Below, in pieces: positions 15,019-28,820 of a stretch of DNA of 64,000 bases. Numbering within the stretch: the first letter of the stretch is position 1; every line of letters begins with the position of its first letter. A program made the position numbers and the translations under genes. The DNA comes from Eledone cirrhosa (lineage: Eukaryota): the NCBI GenBank assembly GCA_964016885.1, contig OZ024756.1:24676001-24740000 (forward strand). The letters run 5' to 3'. The notes beneath the pieces are model-generated. The model saw only the letters and a program-made list of their open reading frames with translations, ran no database searches and was not told the origin of the DNA.

Positions 15019-15814
15019 GTTTAGACAACAAAACGTGTGTTTAAGATACAGGCGTCCTGTCGAATTTATGACAGTATTTAATTACCTCAATGCTTGAAAG
15101 CAGAGCCGTTATATGAAACAAAATAAAAGAGCGCTTACATCATCAATTAATCTTTATTTGCTGCCAGTGTTTCGTTCTTGCATAATTGCAGGACTCATCA
15201 GAGCGTTATAAAGAGGAATATATTTTATCTGATGAGAACGCAAATATCATCCCATGATGATATTTGTTTTTGAAATGCGTATAATAAAATACATGGAACT
15301 CTTTTAACCATCTTTTGATCTTATATTATATATATATATATATATATATAACATGGATCAACTAAGCGCTCTTGCCATAATAACACATTTTGAACTGCTT
15401 ATCTTCAAGAACTATGCCTGTAAATAATATTATTTTTTCTTTCCCATTACCTTATCATGTTCCACATCACCCACTTTTTTTTTCTTTTTTCTTTTCACTT
15501 CAAAAACCTTGTTTGTAAATAATATTATTCTTTCTTCCCCATTGCCTTAACATGTTCAACATCACCAACATTTTACACCAATACAAATTCCTCCCTTTGA
15601 TAATGCATAAAATGCTGAAATCGGTAATAGACAATTATTAAATATATAAATAAATAAATAAATGCCATTGTTAATTAATAAATAAATTAACTAATACCTT
15701 AACACTTCACACAAAGTAAAATATTTTGTTTGAAACATTTTCTAACCCAGAAAAAAGAGAAAAGATAAAAGGAAAGAAATATATTTTTCTTCCTAATAAT
15801 CGTCTTCTCCCTAT

Positions 15815-15856
<42 letters not shown>

Positions 15857-15873
15857 CAACCTACACTATAGTC

Positions 15874-15930
<57 letters not shown>

Positions 15931-15941
15931 CTCTCTCTCTC

Positions 15942-16014
<73 letters not shown>

Positions 16015-16180
16015 CGACTTTTTAAATTGCATTTGTGATAATATTTTACACGCTTTTATTGTATGTAAACTTCCCCCTTTGTATTTGTCCCCTTCTTTTG
16101 TGCCCCTGTGGCTAATAAAGAAACATATCTATCTCTGACAACCTACACTATAGTCTTCTCTCTGTCTGTGTGTCTTGTAG

Positions 16181-16274
16181 GTCAAATCCTGACGATCAAT
16201 GGTAGAATCTTCACAGATCTATACGGCAGCAGCAATGAAATCGCATCAAATGGAAGGATAGCAAAGATTGTCAG
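16181..16274 (+). CDS. PKHD1L1: PKHD1L1-like exon (GQILTINGRIFTDLYGSSNEIASNGRIAKIVR)
   Basis: ttgtag| ... |gtcatt; phase 1-2; matches TI.GRIFTD.YGS...SNG....I.R. Confidence 0.93.
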
Positions 16275-16648
16275 GTCATTCTTTACTCTTATTCCTTCGG
16301 GTGCAGCATGGTCACTGAATCTTCCTGAGAATTATTGGGTCGTCAAATATGAAATTTGTAGAAATTTTTTTTTTTTTTCTACAAATTTCTACAAATTTCA
16401 TACATGACGACCCAATATATTAAGAGTCATTCCACAGTTAATTTCATGAGCAGGGTGTTCCGTTATTGTTGGTGGTGGAGGTGGTGGTGGTGATGTTGTT
16501 GTTAGTGGTGGTGGTGGTGGTGGTGGTGGTGGTGGTGGTGTTTTTGTTATTGTGGTTATTCTTGTTGCTGTTGTGTGCGTGTGTGCGTGCATGCACATAT
16601 GTATGTATACGAGCGTATGCTTGTGTGCGGCGTGTACGTGTTTGAATC

Positions 16649-16680
<32 letters not shown>

Positions 16681-17635
16681 ATGCGTTGTTTGATTCTTTC
16701 TTGCATGTGTGTCTGTGTGTGTGTCTCTGTGTGTGTGTGTGTGTGTGTCTGTCTGTCTGTGTGTGTGTGCGCGCGCGTGTGTGTGTTTCTGTGTGTATCT
16801 GTGTCTGTGTGAGGGTGTGTGTGTATGTGTGGGTGTGGGTGTGCATGTGTTTGATTCTTTATGTTCGTGTGAGTGTAAGTGCATGTGTTTAACCATTTCC
16901 TGTGTACCTGTTTGTATAGTGTCCATTCATGCGTTTGACAAGAAGGCTGTGTTGATGAATTATTTGTAAATAATTCATCTGATAATAACTAATAAATCAA
17001 TATAAATCTTAAGGTGTCTACTCTCAGGTTGGTGTGGGACCGTGTGCGTTTCTATCTGATTATTTTTAGATTCAAAACAGATAGTTAGAGGTGGCCTTCA
17101 TTTATTTCAAACACCCACACTGCCCCCTCTTTCCTCGTCTAAGTAAGTTGTATAAGAAAATGCCACAGAAATATATATATATATATATATATAACAATAT
17201 ATTTAGAAACACAGATACATGCGGACACACACATATATACATGAATGCATCCGCACCCAACTGTGAGTTAAGGGTGCCAACTTCACCGATGTTGCTCAAT
17301 GAATGACTGGGACAGACCAATTCAGTTGAACTAGACTGAACCAGTATCAGAGTTAAAAATACATTATGAAGAGAGAAGAAACATTTAGATATAATTAGTA
17401 ATAAAATGTATCATACCTAAACTGCTCCTAAATTCCTCGACTACGTAGTTTCGTGGCATAAACAAAAACAATATATCATAAAGATATAGAGTCCTTGCGA
17501 GGTCTGCCGACTTATCAAGAGGATACCTCATTTTACTAGTCTCAAGAACGCGTCTACACGACGTGAGAAAGAATCCCAAAAGGCGGAGGGGGAGATAGTC
17601 ACGCGATATAACGGTCGAGAAACAGAGCTAAGCCT

Positions 17636-17707
<72 letters not shown>

Positions 17708-17956
17708 TATGTACACGTACATACATATATGTATACAGACGTACAGTAGTATGTATATATATATACATACATGCACACATATATATATGTACGTATGGAT
17801 TCACCGAACATTTATTATAATGCTCGATGTGTTTGTAAACAAACATCCCGTATTAAGCCGTAGTGTCTAGCAACCACCGTTGTTCGCTTGCTCAACACTG
17901 ACAAAGGAACGCTGTACTAGTTTCAAGCTTATTATCTATCGTCAGCAACGTATACC

Positions 17957-17993
17957 TTGCTGACGATAGCTAATAAGCTTGAAACTAGTACAG
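17957..17993 (+). ncRNA. Minimal hammerhead ribozyme in a fold-back (17880-18025)
   Basis: UUG-CUGACGA-UAGCU/AGCUU-GAAA-CUAG-UA^-CAG. Confidence 0.65.
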
Positions 17994-18184
17994 CGATCCT
18001 TTGTCAGTGTTGAGTAAGCGAGCAACCGTGAATCCATACGTACATATATATATGTGTGCATGTATGTATATATATATACATACTACTGTACGTCTGTATA
18101 CATATATATATGTACGTGTACATACTTATATTTAAGTAACAACCGTACTAAGAGTGGGAAATGAAATTTTGTTTCATTTTTTCC

Positions 18185-18218
<34 letters not shown>

Positions 18219-18703
18219 CGGCGATGAATTAGTTTTGCGAGGTTTTTGATATGAAATCGTGTGTCGAAACAAATATTGTTATACTTGGAGAGGGTCATAT
18301 TTGTGTAATAATATTGCCAGAATTAATAACAGAACACACTCACTGTTTGGTTGGTTTTCGCTTCTGTGTCTTTTATATCAGTTAATTTAATTTATTCGGT
18401 CCTCAATGTTACCATTGACTGACCAACGGTCAAAAATACAGATACAATATAGACACAAACACATATATATAGTCTAACAAAGTTCTTTCGTTGCACATCT
18501 GCAACATCGTCAGTGGTGCTATTATGTTTCCTTCCGTTGCATTGTATGCCTACGCCATCTTTATTTAGTCTGTTTATTTATTTATTTATTTATACTTCTC
18601 TTAGGTCAGTGTTGTTTGTTTGGGTGTTGTTGTTATTCCATTCATGAGTGTGTTCTGTTATTAATTCTGGCAATATTATTATACAAATATGACCCTCCCC
18701 AAG

Positions 18704-18763
<60 letters not shown>

Positions 18764-19168
18764 TCTACTTTAGGCACAAGGCCAGCAATTACCCAGTGCA
18801 TTACTGGTACTTTATTTTATCGACCCCGTAAGGATGAAAGGCAAAGTCAACCTCGGCGGGATTTGAACTCAGATCGTAAAGGGACGTAACTATGCTGGAA
18901 AGCATGGCGTCCGACCCTCTACCGATACTGCCAATCCACCACTATATATATATATATATAGTGACGAAACATAAGTCAATTGCATGAACTCATAATCCTT
19001 TATTTACTGCTATATATATTTCGATGATAGCCATTGAATGGCTATGATCTCATCAGGCAGTTAGACAGTTCTTAGATATGCCAGCTCTGTGTTTTTGGTG
19101 TTGATCGTTTCAGAGCCTTGGGACATGAACACCAAAAACACAGAGCTGGCATATCTAAGAACTGTCTA

Positions 19169-19224
19169 ACTGCCTGATGAGATCATAGCCATTCAATGGC
19201 TATCATCGAAATATATATAGCAGT
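19169..19224 (+). ncRNA. Minimal hammerhead ribozyme, mirrored on the minus strand at about 19005-19061
   Basis: ACUGC-CUGAUGA-GAUCAUAGCCAU/AUGGCUAUCAUC-GAAA-UAUAUA-UA^-GCAGU. Confidence 0.82.
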
Positions 19225-19326
19225 AAATAAAGGATTATGAGTTCATGCAATTGACTTATGTTTCATCACTATTATAACTCGTTCAGTGCTCCCTATCCGC
19301 ATACTGAAGTACTGGACTTTCTTGTT

Positions 19327-19406
<80 letters not shown>

Positions 19407-19531
19407 CTTCAAAGTTACATTTTAAACTTAGCGCCGTTTAAATTATTATTTATCTAGTTAATTTCTACGGACTAAGGAGGAAAAGAATTGGATATATTTT
19501 GTCTGACTGTTCTTCAAACTTATATATACAG

Positions 19532-19571
<40 letters not shown>

Positions 19572-19698
19572 CAAGGTTTAGCAAATAAGAAAAAGTTTTA
19601 AAATGAATTTTTAAAAATTCACTGTACCTGCTATGGTTACCTTTACCGTACGGTTTCGAGTCTCAAAAATAAATGGATAGTCCTTACGGGCCTCCATA

Positions 19699-19754
<56 letters not shown>

Positions 19755-20528
19755 ATAAATGGAAACTATATTTATAAAACCATATTTATTTCATTATATA
19801 TATTTCAGGGATATCATATTAACAATATGCTATGCCTTCCTCAGACAAAATACAATATAAACAGTTTTATAGATAAATAGATAAATAGATTCGACATACC
19901 GTAACAACATCTACTTGCATTTGAGAAGGTTGATTTGGTAGCGACAAAATTGTACACGGAGAGAAAGAAAGAGAGAGAGAAAGAGAGAAAAAGAGAGAAA
20001 GAGAAAAAAGGAAAGAAAGACAGAAAACGAAGAAAAAGAAAAAGAAGAAATGCATGGAACAAAATAGAGAGATGGAGAGATAGATAAAGAGAAGAACCCC
20101 ATGTAAAGAAACAGAAAGAGATATATATATATAGAGAGAGAGAGGAAATAGAGATAGATACATATATATAGAAAGCTAGGTAGTGGGACGACTGTTGAAT
20201 AACGTATCAATGATACATTTATTTATTTATTTATTTATTTAGCTCTAGTATTAATGTAAGGGAGATATATGGAGGGAAAACCAGCTGTTATATAGGGAGA
20301 GAAAAAATATAGAGAGAGAAAAAAAAGAGAGAAAAAATTCAAAAATATCCAGACACAGGCGAGGCGTAAAAACCTCTGTTTTAATGTAGAGGTATTAGTA
20401 TTTACAAAACCAGCCTCTACATTGTAAATATCAGTATTCCTGAATGAGATATGTATCCACAATGTGTGAAAATTAATGATCTTATGTTTAGTTTTTTAAA
20501 AAATTCATATGTTTATGTGATAATTACA

Positions 20529-22073
20529 TTGGATTGTTTATCTAACCTGAGCTTGTGGAAGGGAACTGGAGAGGTCGTTGAGTGGTTTAAGCAAATTAAA
20601 TATAACAATAATAATAAGTTTATTCAACTTGATATAGCTAACTATTATTCTTCTATTACCCCTAATCTACTAAATAAGGCACTAAATTACGCATTCAAAC
20701 ATACTGACCTAACTAGCAATGAAATGCATATTATATTATCGGCTAGGAAAACTTTGATAGAATTTAATGACCAACTATGGACCAGAGCAGATAGAGATAG
20801 CAATTTTGACATTACTATGGGATCATCCGACTCAGCCCAGGTAACTGACCTTGTGGGTTTATTTTTAATCAATTCGCTACATAGGAAAATACCCGGTACT
20901 ACCGGAGGTTTATATAGAGACGACATGCTTTTACTTATTGATAATAATAACTCTGAACTAAATAGAAAATGTAAACAAATTACACAATTTTTTAATTACT
21001 TTAATCTTAAAATAGAAATTGAAAACAACCATAGAATAGTCAATTTCCTAGATATAACATTAAATCTCAACACATGTCTTCACTATCCTTTTCACAAGTT
21101 GAATGAAAACTTAAACTATGTAAACTTTAACTCTAACCACCCCAGATGAGTCAAAAACACTATAGTAAACTCTGTCCAAAAACGTATCTCTAGGATCTCG
21201 TCGAATAGAAAGATTTTCGACGAAAAAGCCCAATACTACAATGAAGCATTAGCTAGAGCAGGATATGCTGATAAGATTGTGTACATAGATAATGATAGAC
21301 AAACTAAACAAAGTAACAACTTTTTTAATTACGGCAACATCCTTAACAACTATAATAGAAAGCATTACAATAATTCCAAAGGCCAAAAAAGAAATAGAAC
21401 TAGGAACATAATTTGGTTTGCCCCCCCTTTCTCACTAAACATTAAAACCCACATCGCTAAACTATTTTTTAAAGCTCTTGATAATCGCTTCCCTAGAACA
21501 CATAGATATCACTCAATTTTCAATAGACATACAATTAAATTAACCTACTCATCCACCAAAAATTTAGCACAAAATATCAATAGAATAAATAATAGGAACT
21601 TAAAACCTAGTGATAACAGCATAAATAATATACAAGTTAACAAATGTAACTGTAGAGATAGATCTAAATGTCCGTTAAATAACAACTGCTTAGTTAAAAA
21701 TATAGTATACAATTGTAATGTTAATACTGACTCTAATTCTTTTAACTACGTCGGTTCCACACCGACGGAATTTAAACTTCGCTATAATAACCACAAGAAT
21801 TCTTTCACAGATCCAAGTAAAAAATCTTCAACGGCACTATCAGGCGTACTATGGCAACTTAAGCTAGATAACGTTAGATATTCGACGGCTTGGAATATAG
21901 TCTCAAGAGGGATTCCTTTTAATTCATCCTCTGAGACATGTGACCTCTGCGCAGAGGAGATATTCTTTATACTAAAATCTAAAAATTCCCTTAATCTACG
22001 GACAAATTTATTCAGTTGTTGTAAACATAGATTAAACTCAACGTTTAAATATAAATTTAAATTTAAAATGTAG
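20529..22073 (+). pseudogene. Penelope-like RT + GIY-YIG ORF with one in-frame TGA at 21147-21149
   Basis: LDIANYYSSI, ITMGS.DSAQV.DLVG, GLYRDD, NFLDITL, SNHP; CNC..CPL..CL, IVY..YVGST, RYNNH, CDLC..E; the two listed ORFs share a frame (offset 828). Confidence 0.88.
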
Positions 22074-23469
22074 TATATTTAGTTTGATTTATAATTATAT
22101 GGGAAACTAGCCGATAAATCTTTGATTCTCTTTTTATTCTTTTTATTTTTATTTTATTTATTTAAACATTCTTCATGAAAAATTAAGCTATCCTAAAAGT
22201 TGATGCTCCAAATATTTCGAATAAACGTTACACTAGATAAACTTCTATATTAAATATAAGAACACATGTAGACCAAATTGGGCATCCTATACTTTTTGAA
22301 ATGATCTTTGCTAGATGCGATTTGATAGATCATTTTTGGCTTTATCTGTTTTTCGACTCTGATGTTTATAATGAACTTGGCAATATATTGTCAATTAATT
22401 TTGAAGGGTTGATCTTTGTGGTTTATTTTATTTTTATTATTGTAGTATTTCCTAATTTTTATTTTTAATATTTTTAATATGTAAATTTTTTAATATGTAA
22501 TATTTTTAATATGTAATATTCTTTCGTAATATTTCTTAGTTTTCTATTTTATTATTACTTATTATTATTATTGTTATTTTTAGTTTTGTTTCCGATATAT
22601 TTTTATTTTTATTTTTATTAGTATATTGAAATCTGCTCTATCTTTGCTTGATAGATAATCTTGTAGAGTAGAGACAGAAATAGTAATATTGACTCTATAT
22701 ACACATATATGTATACTTAAATTTTTATACCGCATTGAGAATACTTTCCGTGAACTTAGGGTTTGCAGAATTGATCATGTACATTCACATAGATGTTTGT
22801 AATTATCACATAAACATATGAATTTTTTAAAAAACTAAACATAAGATCATTAATTTTCACACATTGTGGATACATATCTCATTCAGGAATACTGATATTT
22901 ACAATGTAGAGGCTGGTTTTGTAAATACTAATACCTCTACATTAAAACAGAGGTTTTTACGCCTCGCCTGTGTCTGGATATTTTTGAATTTTTTCTCTCT
23001 TTTTTTTCTCTCTCTATATTTTTTCTCTCCCTATATAACAGCTGGTTTTCCCTCCATATATCTCCCTTACATTAATACTAGAGCTAAATAAATAAATAAA
23101 TAAATAAATGTATCATTGATACGTTATTCAACAGTCGTCCCACTACCTAGCTTTCTATATATATGTATCTATCTCTATTTCCTCTCTCTCTATATATATA
23201 TCTCTTTCTGTTTCTTTACATGGGGTTCTTCTCTTTATCTATCTCTCCATCTCTCTATTTTGTTCCATGCATTTCTTCTTTTTCTTTTTCTTCGTTTTCT
23301 GTCTTTCTTTCCTTTTTTCTCTTTCTCTCTTTTTCTCTCTTTCTCTCTCTCTTTCTTTCTCTCTGTGTACAATTTTGTCACTACCAAATCAACCCTCTCA
23401 AATGCAAGTAGATGTTGTTACGGTATGTCGAATCTATTTATCTATTTATCTATAAAACTGTTTATATTG

Positions 23470-23535
23470 TATTTTGTCTGAGGAAGGCATAGCATATTGT
23501 TAATATGATATCCCTGAAATATATATAATGAAATA
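23470..23535 (+). ncRNA. Hammerhead ribozyme in the Penelope pLTR; related copies at about 19785-19852(-), 36033-36096(+), 52635-52700(-), 56676-56742(+)
   Basis: UAUUUUGU-CUGA(G/U)GA-AGG...CCU-GAAA-UAUAUA-UA^-AUGAAAUA. Confidence 0.8.
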
Positions 23536-23664
23536 AATATGGTTTTATAAATATAGTTTCCATTTATTTAATATTGTAAATATACTCCAAATATTTGTCG
23601 AGTGCTTTTATATCAGTTATAAATATTTACTAGTTGTAACCCAACAATTTAAATATAACTTTCC

Positions 23665-23704
<40 letters not shown>

Positions 23705-23885
23705 GAGGTTGTGAGTACGATCCCGGGACCGGGCGATGCGTTATGTACTTGAGCAGGCCTTCTACTTGGAGTTGGTACCGATAGATAATATTAGTAATTG
23801 GAAAGACCAATGGAAACATTCTTCCCTCGGTCCGATCTGACGAGATCCACCCCTTTCCAATTACTAATACTATCTATCGGTCGCA

Positions 23886-24010
23886 ACTCCAGGCAGAAGG
23901 AGCAACGTGGAATAAAGTGTCTTGCTCAAGGACATAACCCATCGCCCGGTCCGGGGATCGAACTCACAACCTCACGATTGCGAATCCAATTCTCTAACCA
24001 CTCAGCCACC
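23886..24010 (-). mobile_element. Second tRNA-derived SINE family; partial inverted copy at 23705-23760
   Basis: Minus strand gtggctgagtggttag (A box) ... gagttcgatcccc (B box) ... gtccttgagcaagacactt. Confidence 0.8.
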
Positions 24011-24219
24011 ACTTCGATTTATATCCATTATTATAGAGGGTCGGACGCCATGCTTTGCAGCATAGAGTTACGGCCCCTTACATTTTGAGTTCAAATCCAG
24101 CCGGGGTTAACTTTGCCTTTCATCCTTACGAGGTCGATAAAATAAAGCACCAGTAATACACTGGTTAATTGCTGTCCTTGTGCCAAAAGTAGAAACAATT
24201 ATTAAAGATAGATAGATAG

Positions 24220-25803
24220 ATATATTTATTTATTTATTTGCCACAATGGCGTACAAAAATGGGACATTACAAGACGTGATGGAGGTGGTTTTACATAAAA
24301 TCTTTAACAATAATTGTTTCTACTTTAGGCACAAGGCCAGCAATTACTCAGTACATTACTGGTACTTTATTTTATCGACCCCGTAAGGATGAAAGGCAAA
24401 GTTAACCTCAGCGGGATTTTAACAATAATAATGGATAACAATAAAATATATACAAAATAAAACAATCGAAGTCCCCAGTAGGGGGGAACGTTACTGCGGT
24501 GGGTTGTTTTACACCCCGTGGATAGAACAACCCTCAACACCAGGAGCACGTTTTGTAGGTGTTCCCGTCTTCCCTCTGTTTATCTTCCTCAACCTACAGG
24601 TTTATATACAGAGAAGACCCATTCACTCGGGCCATTTTCGCCACATTCACCTTCCTTTCAGCGAATTTACTGGGGTGTAGCACCTCTCTCTTCACTCTCA
24701 CCTTCCTTCTGAAGTGGTACTTAAAGAAGGGGATGAGTTGTTGTCCGGAGAGAAGGGTGTTTGCCCTCAGTCCTTTTAACCTCGTCCACCATACTACCTC
24801 TTTCGCTATAGTCACCAGACAGAGGAAAACCGCCTCTCCTTCATTCTTAAATGAAGGCGGCGGTGTGATCCTCACGATGGACTCAGTTGACAACTGGATG
24901 CGTCCCACACGTGACAGCAGCTGTTCGACATAATTCCACAGGTCGGTCATCCCTGGGCACTGAACAATTGCGTGCAGGACGGTTCCAATGTCCTGCTCGC
25001 ATCTTGGACAGGTCCTTTTGCCAGGGTCTCTGCCAGGGCGTCCGTGCCTGTAGATTTTGTCTCGAACTGGTAGAGCTCCTCGGTAGCACTGCCAGACCAG
25101 AGACCTCTGGAAGTTATCCATAGGCCCTGAACGGAAAGTCCTCCCGAACAGACTGGTCAGTTCGTCATTTTCGATACCTAGTGTTTCCCCGAGAACGTCG
25201 TCCTACTTATCCTCCACTAATCCCCTATAGAATGTCGAAGTCGAGTCCCCGCTGATTGCCGTGAAGGCACTCGAGGCGCCAGGCGCCCATTTTCGGTCTT
25301 CAGTTGACCCAGGACTACAGCTCTGTTAACGAGACGAGTTGTGGAAGAGCTCGTCTCACAAACGACAGCACAGCGGTTCGCCGGTCAGGAATACCTGGAT
25401 ATGGCGTAGCCTCAGCGCGTATTTGCGCATCATCAGCCACGACATGCCCAACCCTCCGTTAGAAGGGTGTTGGCAACAGATGGATCTCCTCGTCAATGGA
25501 GCCTGTTTCTTCCAGAGGAGCTTGAAGAGTAGGCGTTCCATTTTGGTGAGGTGTTCGCGGTGCACGACTGTCAAGCAGTAGTAGATGACGGACTCTATCT
25601 AACTGTTCGCCACCTTCCGCTTGACTTTTCAAGGAGAGTTTGCACTCAGCTCATTTCTGGGTGAGTGCAAACACCTTCGCCGTGACCTCGTTCCAGTTCT
25701 TGTCCACCTGGAGGTCTAGACCAAACCAGAACCCGAGCAATTTCACCGGTCCTTCTGTCCAGCGTCCAACGACGCTATCGGAAGGCATGTGTTTGCCTCT
25801 CCA
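24220..25803 (-). mobile_element. Degenerate Tx1/L1-clade LINE 3' fragment, interrupted near its tail by a SINE piece
   Basis: GPVKLLGFWFG, LFKLLWK...GGLGM, ALPVRDK, TCPRC...HAIVQC; frameshifts. Confidence 0.8.
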
Positions 25804-25818
25804 TCTATATATATATAT

Positions 25819-25874
<56 letters not shown>

Positions 25875-25880
<6 letters not shown>

Positions 25881-26185
25881 CTTTATTAGCCACAAGGGCG
25901 CACAAGAAAAGGGGACAAAACAAAGACACATGCCGGGGATTTTACATACAATCTTGTAAAAATATGAAACAAACAAATATAACAATCGAAATCCCTAATA
26001 GAGGGGGAGGCGCCACAAATGGGTTGTTTATTACCCCGTAGATAGAACAACCCTCAACTTCAGGAGCGTGTTGTGCAAGTGCTCCTTTCTTCCTTTTGCT
26101 CTCTTCTTCAACCTACAGGTTTATATACAGAGAAGGCCCAATCACTCGGGCCATTTTTTCCACATTCATCCACCTTTCAGTAAAT
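25875..26185 (-). mobile_element. Second 3'-end copy of the same Tx1/L1-like family; shorter + strand tail at about 16020-16130
   Basis: Similar to 24440-24670; ends gctaataaagaaa followed by (TA)n. Confidence 0.75.
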
Positions 26186-26806
26186 TTATAGATAGATTCA
26201 CACGCCGATCAAAGTTGGGAGGTCGGTTTATGTTTCGGCCGTTACTAACGCGACAAATATGTTTATGTGTATATGCACATCCTCTTTTGTTTCATGTATA
26301 TCTAGAATATGGCCCAAAGGTGAAGAAGATCACTTAACAATCCTTAGATCCAGAGTTCGATCATGAACACACTCACCACCAACACCACCACCACCACCTA
26401 CAGTATCAAAGCTCACCATCACTAATCAGTTCGATCAGTTCCAATTAGTAGTTTGTTCGGACAAGTAAACAACACATCGATTCTTATTAACTATGCTTTT
26501 ACATATCTCTTTAATTACAGCACCTAACATCGCATACATTATATATACTTGCTTTATTATAGTTTTTGGTACAGTCTGTCTGGCCTACTGGTTTATTATA
26601 GTTTAGATATATGTATGTATGCACGTTGATGGGTGTGGTGTTTAGTTTATTATTTAACTAAAGATACTATTTTAAGATAGAAGCTTGACCTACCTCACAC
26701 ACACAAAAGCACACACAAAGGCACACAATCTCACACAATAGCTCGTGCGAAGCAGATGTGTTAATGCGTACATGACTATGTATGTGTTTACGAGTGTTTA
26801 AATAAA

Positions 26807-26920
<114 letters not shown>

Positions 26921-27251
26921 TCTTACTGAGTTCTGCACAATTAATTACCTGCAATATGGCTTACACTTGGCGCCATCTCGATAAATATTTCATGACCAAC
27001 ACACAACGAGATTGCACAAGATGCTAAAAACACGCTAAATATTCCCCTTAAATTATATATTACTAGGTTTGGCTGTATCGGTAGAGCGTCAGACACCATG
27101 CTTTGCAGCACAGAGTTATGACCCTTTATGTTCTGAGTTCAAATCCCGCCGAGGTTAACTTTGCCTTTCATCCTTAGGTGGTCGGTAAAATAAAGCACTA
27201 GTAATGCACTGAAGTAACTGCTGGACTTGCGCTAAAAGTAGAAACATTAAA

Positions 27252-27450
27252 TTGGTGGATTGGCAGTATCGGTAGAGGGTCCGATGCCATGCTTTCCAGC
27301 ATAGAGTTACGTCCCTTTACGGTCTGGGTTCAAATCCCGTCGAGGTTAACTTTGCCTTTCATCCTTACGGGGGGGGGGGTCGATAAAATAAAGCACCAGT
27401 AATGCACTGGGGTAACTGCTAGCCTTGTGCCAAAAGAAGAAATATTAAAT
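27252..27450 (+). mobile_element. tRNA-derived SINE, representative copy. Others at about 6503-6640(-), 7030-7200(-), 8833-8965(-), 9480-9610(+), 18758-18940(-), 24035-24200(+), 24313-24420(-), 27065-27250(+), 27705-27790(-), 42475-42630(+), 46865-47020(+), 47208-47390(-), 47410-47560(-), 50962-51140(+)
   Basis: Dispersed repeat with B box GTTCAAATCC and core gaggttaactttgcctttcatcc..ggggtcgataaaataaag.accag; resembles the abundant octopus SINE as recalled. Confidence 0.88.
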
Positions 27451-28444
27451 TATATCTTATTAGCTTCTCTCGTGTTCTCGTAGCTCCTGGTGGAGTTGAA
27501 GGGGCGCCATGTTGACATATGGCGTTTCGAGGGCATTTCTAAACCTGGCGGAGACCATCTCCTCTCCAGGTCTGAATACACCATATTTCTTCCAGAGAAT
27601 GATAGATGGAATGTGAGAAAGGAAGTGAGAAAGGAAGTGAGAAAGGAAGTGAGAAAGGAAGTGAGAAAGGAAGTGAGAAAGAGATATAGAGGAAGAATCA
27701 ATCCCAGCACTAAACTTTTTTTTATCGACCTCGATTGGAGGAAAGGTAACGTTCACCTCGACAGGATTTGAACTCAGAGAGCTGAGAGCCGGCTCCCTAG
27801 GGTGAAAACGCCGCTCACAAGGGTGGCACTTGGCACCTACGAGCGACACTTGATACCCACGGGTGGCAATTGACTTCTAAGAAAATAATTTCAAATCACA
27901 GGGGAGGAAGCAACACTGGGAAAGAATATTGGCCCTGTCACCGTGGGGTTTGTCAGCTCCTTTATTTACCTGCGCTCGACAGTCACCAACAATGGAGACC
28001 AGGTCCCGGAGATCAACCGCATATGTGGTCTGGTTGCCGGGGTTATGCACTCCCATTGGAAATCCTTTTGGCGCCCCTGCTCTATAATCCCGAAAAGCGA
28101 AGCTGTGACCCCGGTTGGACCAGTAGTACCGTTGGTAGGGGTCGAAACTGCCAAAGTCCATCTCAACGGCCGATGACCGTGGAGTTCGGTGTCTTTCGTT
28201 TATGTTTTTAGCTTCTTCTTCTTCTTCTTCTTCTTCTTCTTCTTCTTCTTCTTCTTCTTCTTCTTCTTCTTCTACTTCTTCTGCCGAATTCATAATCGCA
28301 AAGATTCAGCACGCCTTCTCCAATCGTCCCGGTCGACCCTGGCATTTCTCAGTTCATGTGTGTACATTATATGTGTGTGTGTGTGAGTGTGTGTGCGTGT
28401 GCGTGTGCGTGTGCGTGTGCGTGTGTATGTGTGTGTGTGTGTGT

Positions 28445-28489
<45 letters not shown>

Positions 28490-28720
28490 CGTGTGTGTGT
28501 GTGTGTGTGTGCGTGCGTGTGTGTCTGTGTGTGTGTGTGTGTGTCTGTGTGTGTGTGCGCGCGCGCGCGCGCGCGTGTCTGTGTGTGTGTGTGTCTGTGT
28601 GTGTGCGTGTGCGTGTGTGTGTGTGTGTGCGTGTGCGTGTGTGTGTGTGTGTGTGCGCGTGTGCGTGTGTGTGTGTGTGTGCGCGCGCGCGCGTGTGTGT
28701 GTGTGTGCGCGCGCGCGTGT

Positions 28721-28763
<43 letters not shown>

Positions 28764-28785
28764 TGTGTGTGTGTGTCTGTGTGTG

Positions 28786-28820
<35 letters not shown>

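Larger units (their letters stand above)
19745..23666 (+). mobile_element. Penelope-like element (possibly Naiad-type), 5'-truncated, with inverted 5' pLTR (about 19745-20528) and 3' pLTR (about 22798-23666)
   Basis: About 780-bp inverted repeat flanking an RT + GIY-YIG frame; (TA)n on both sides; hammerhead core in the pLTR. Confidence 0.9.

Noticed and set aside
23886-24010. tRNA gene
   Set aside because: A and B boxes are present, but the sequence runs into a SINE body with no acceptor stem or terminator
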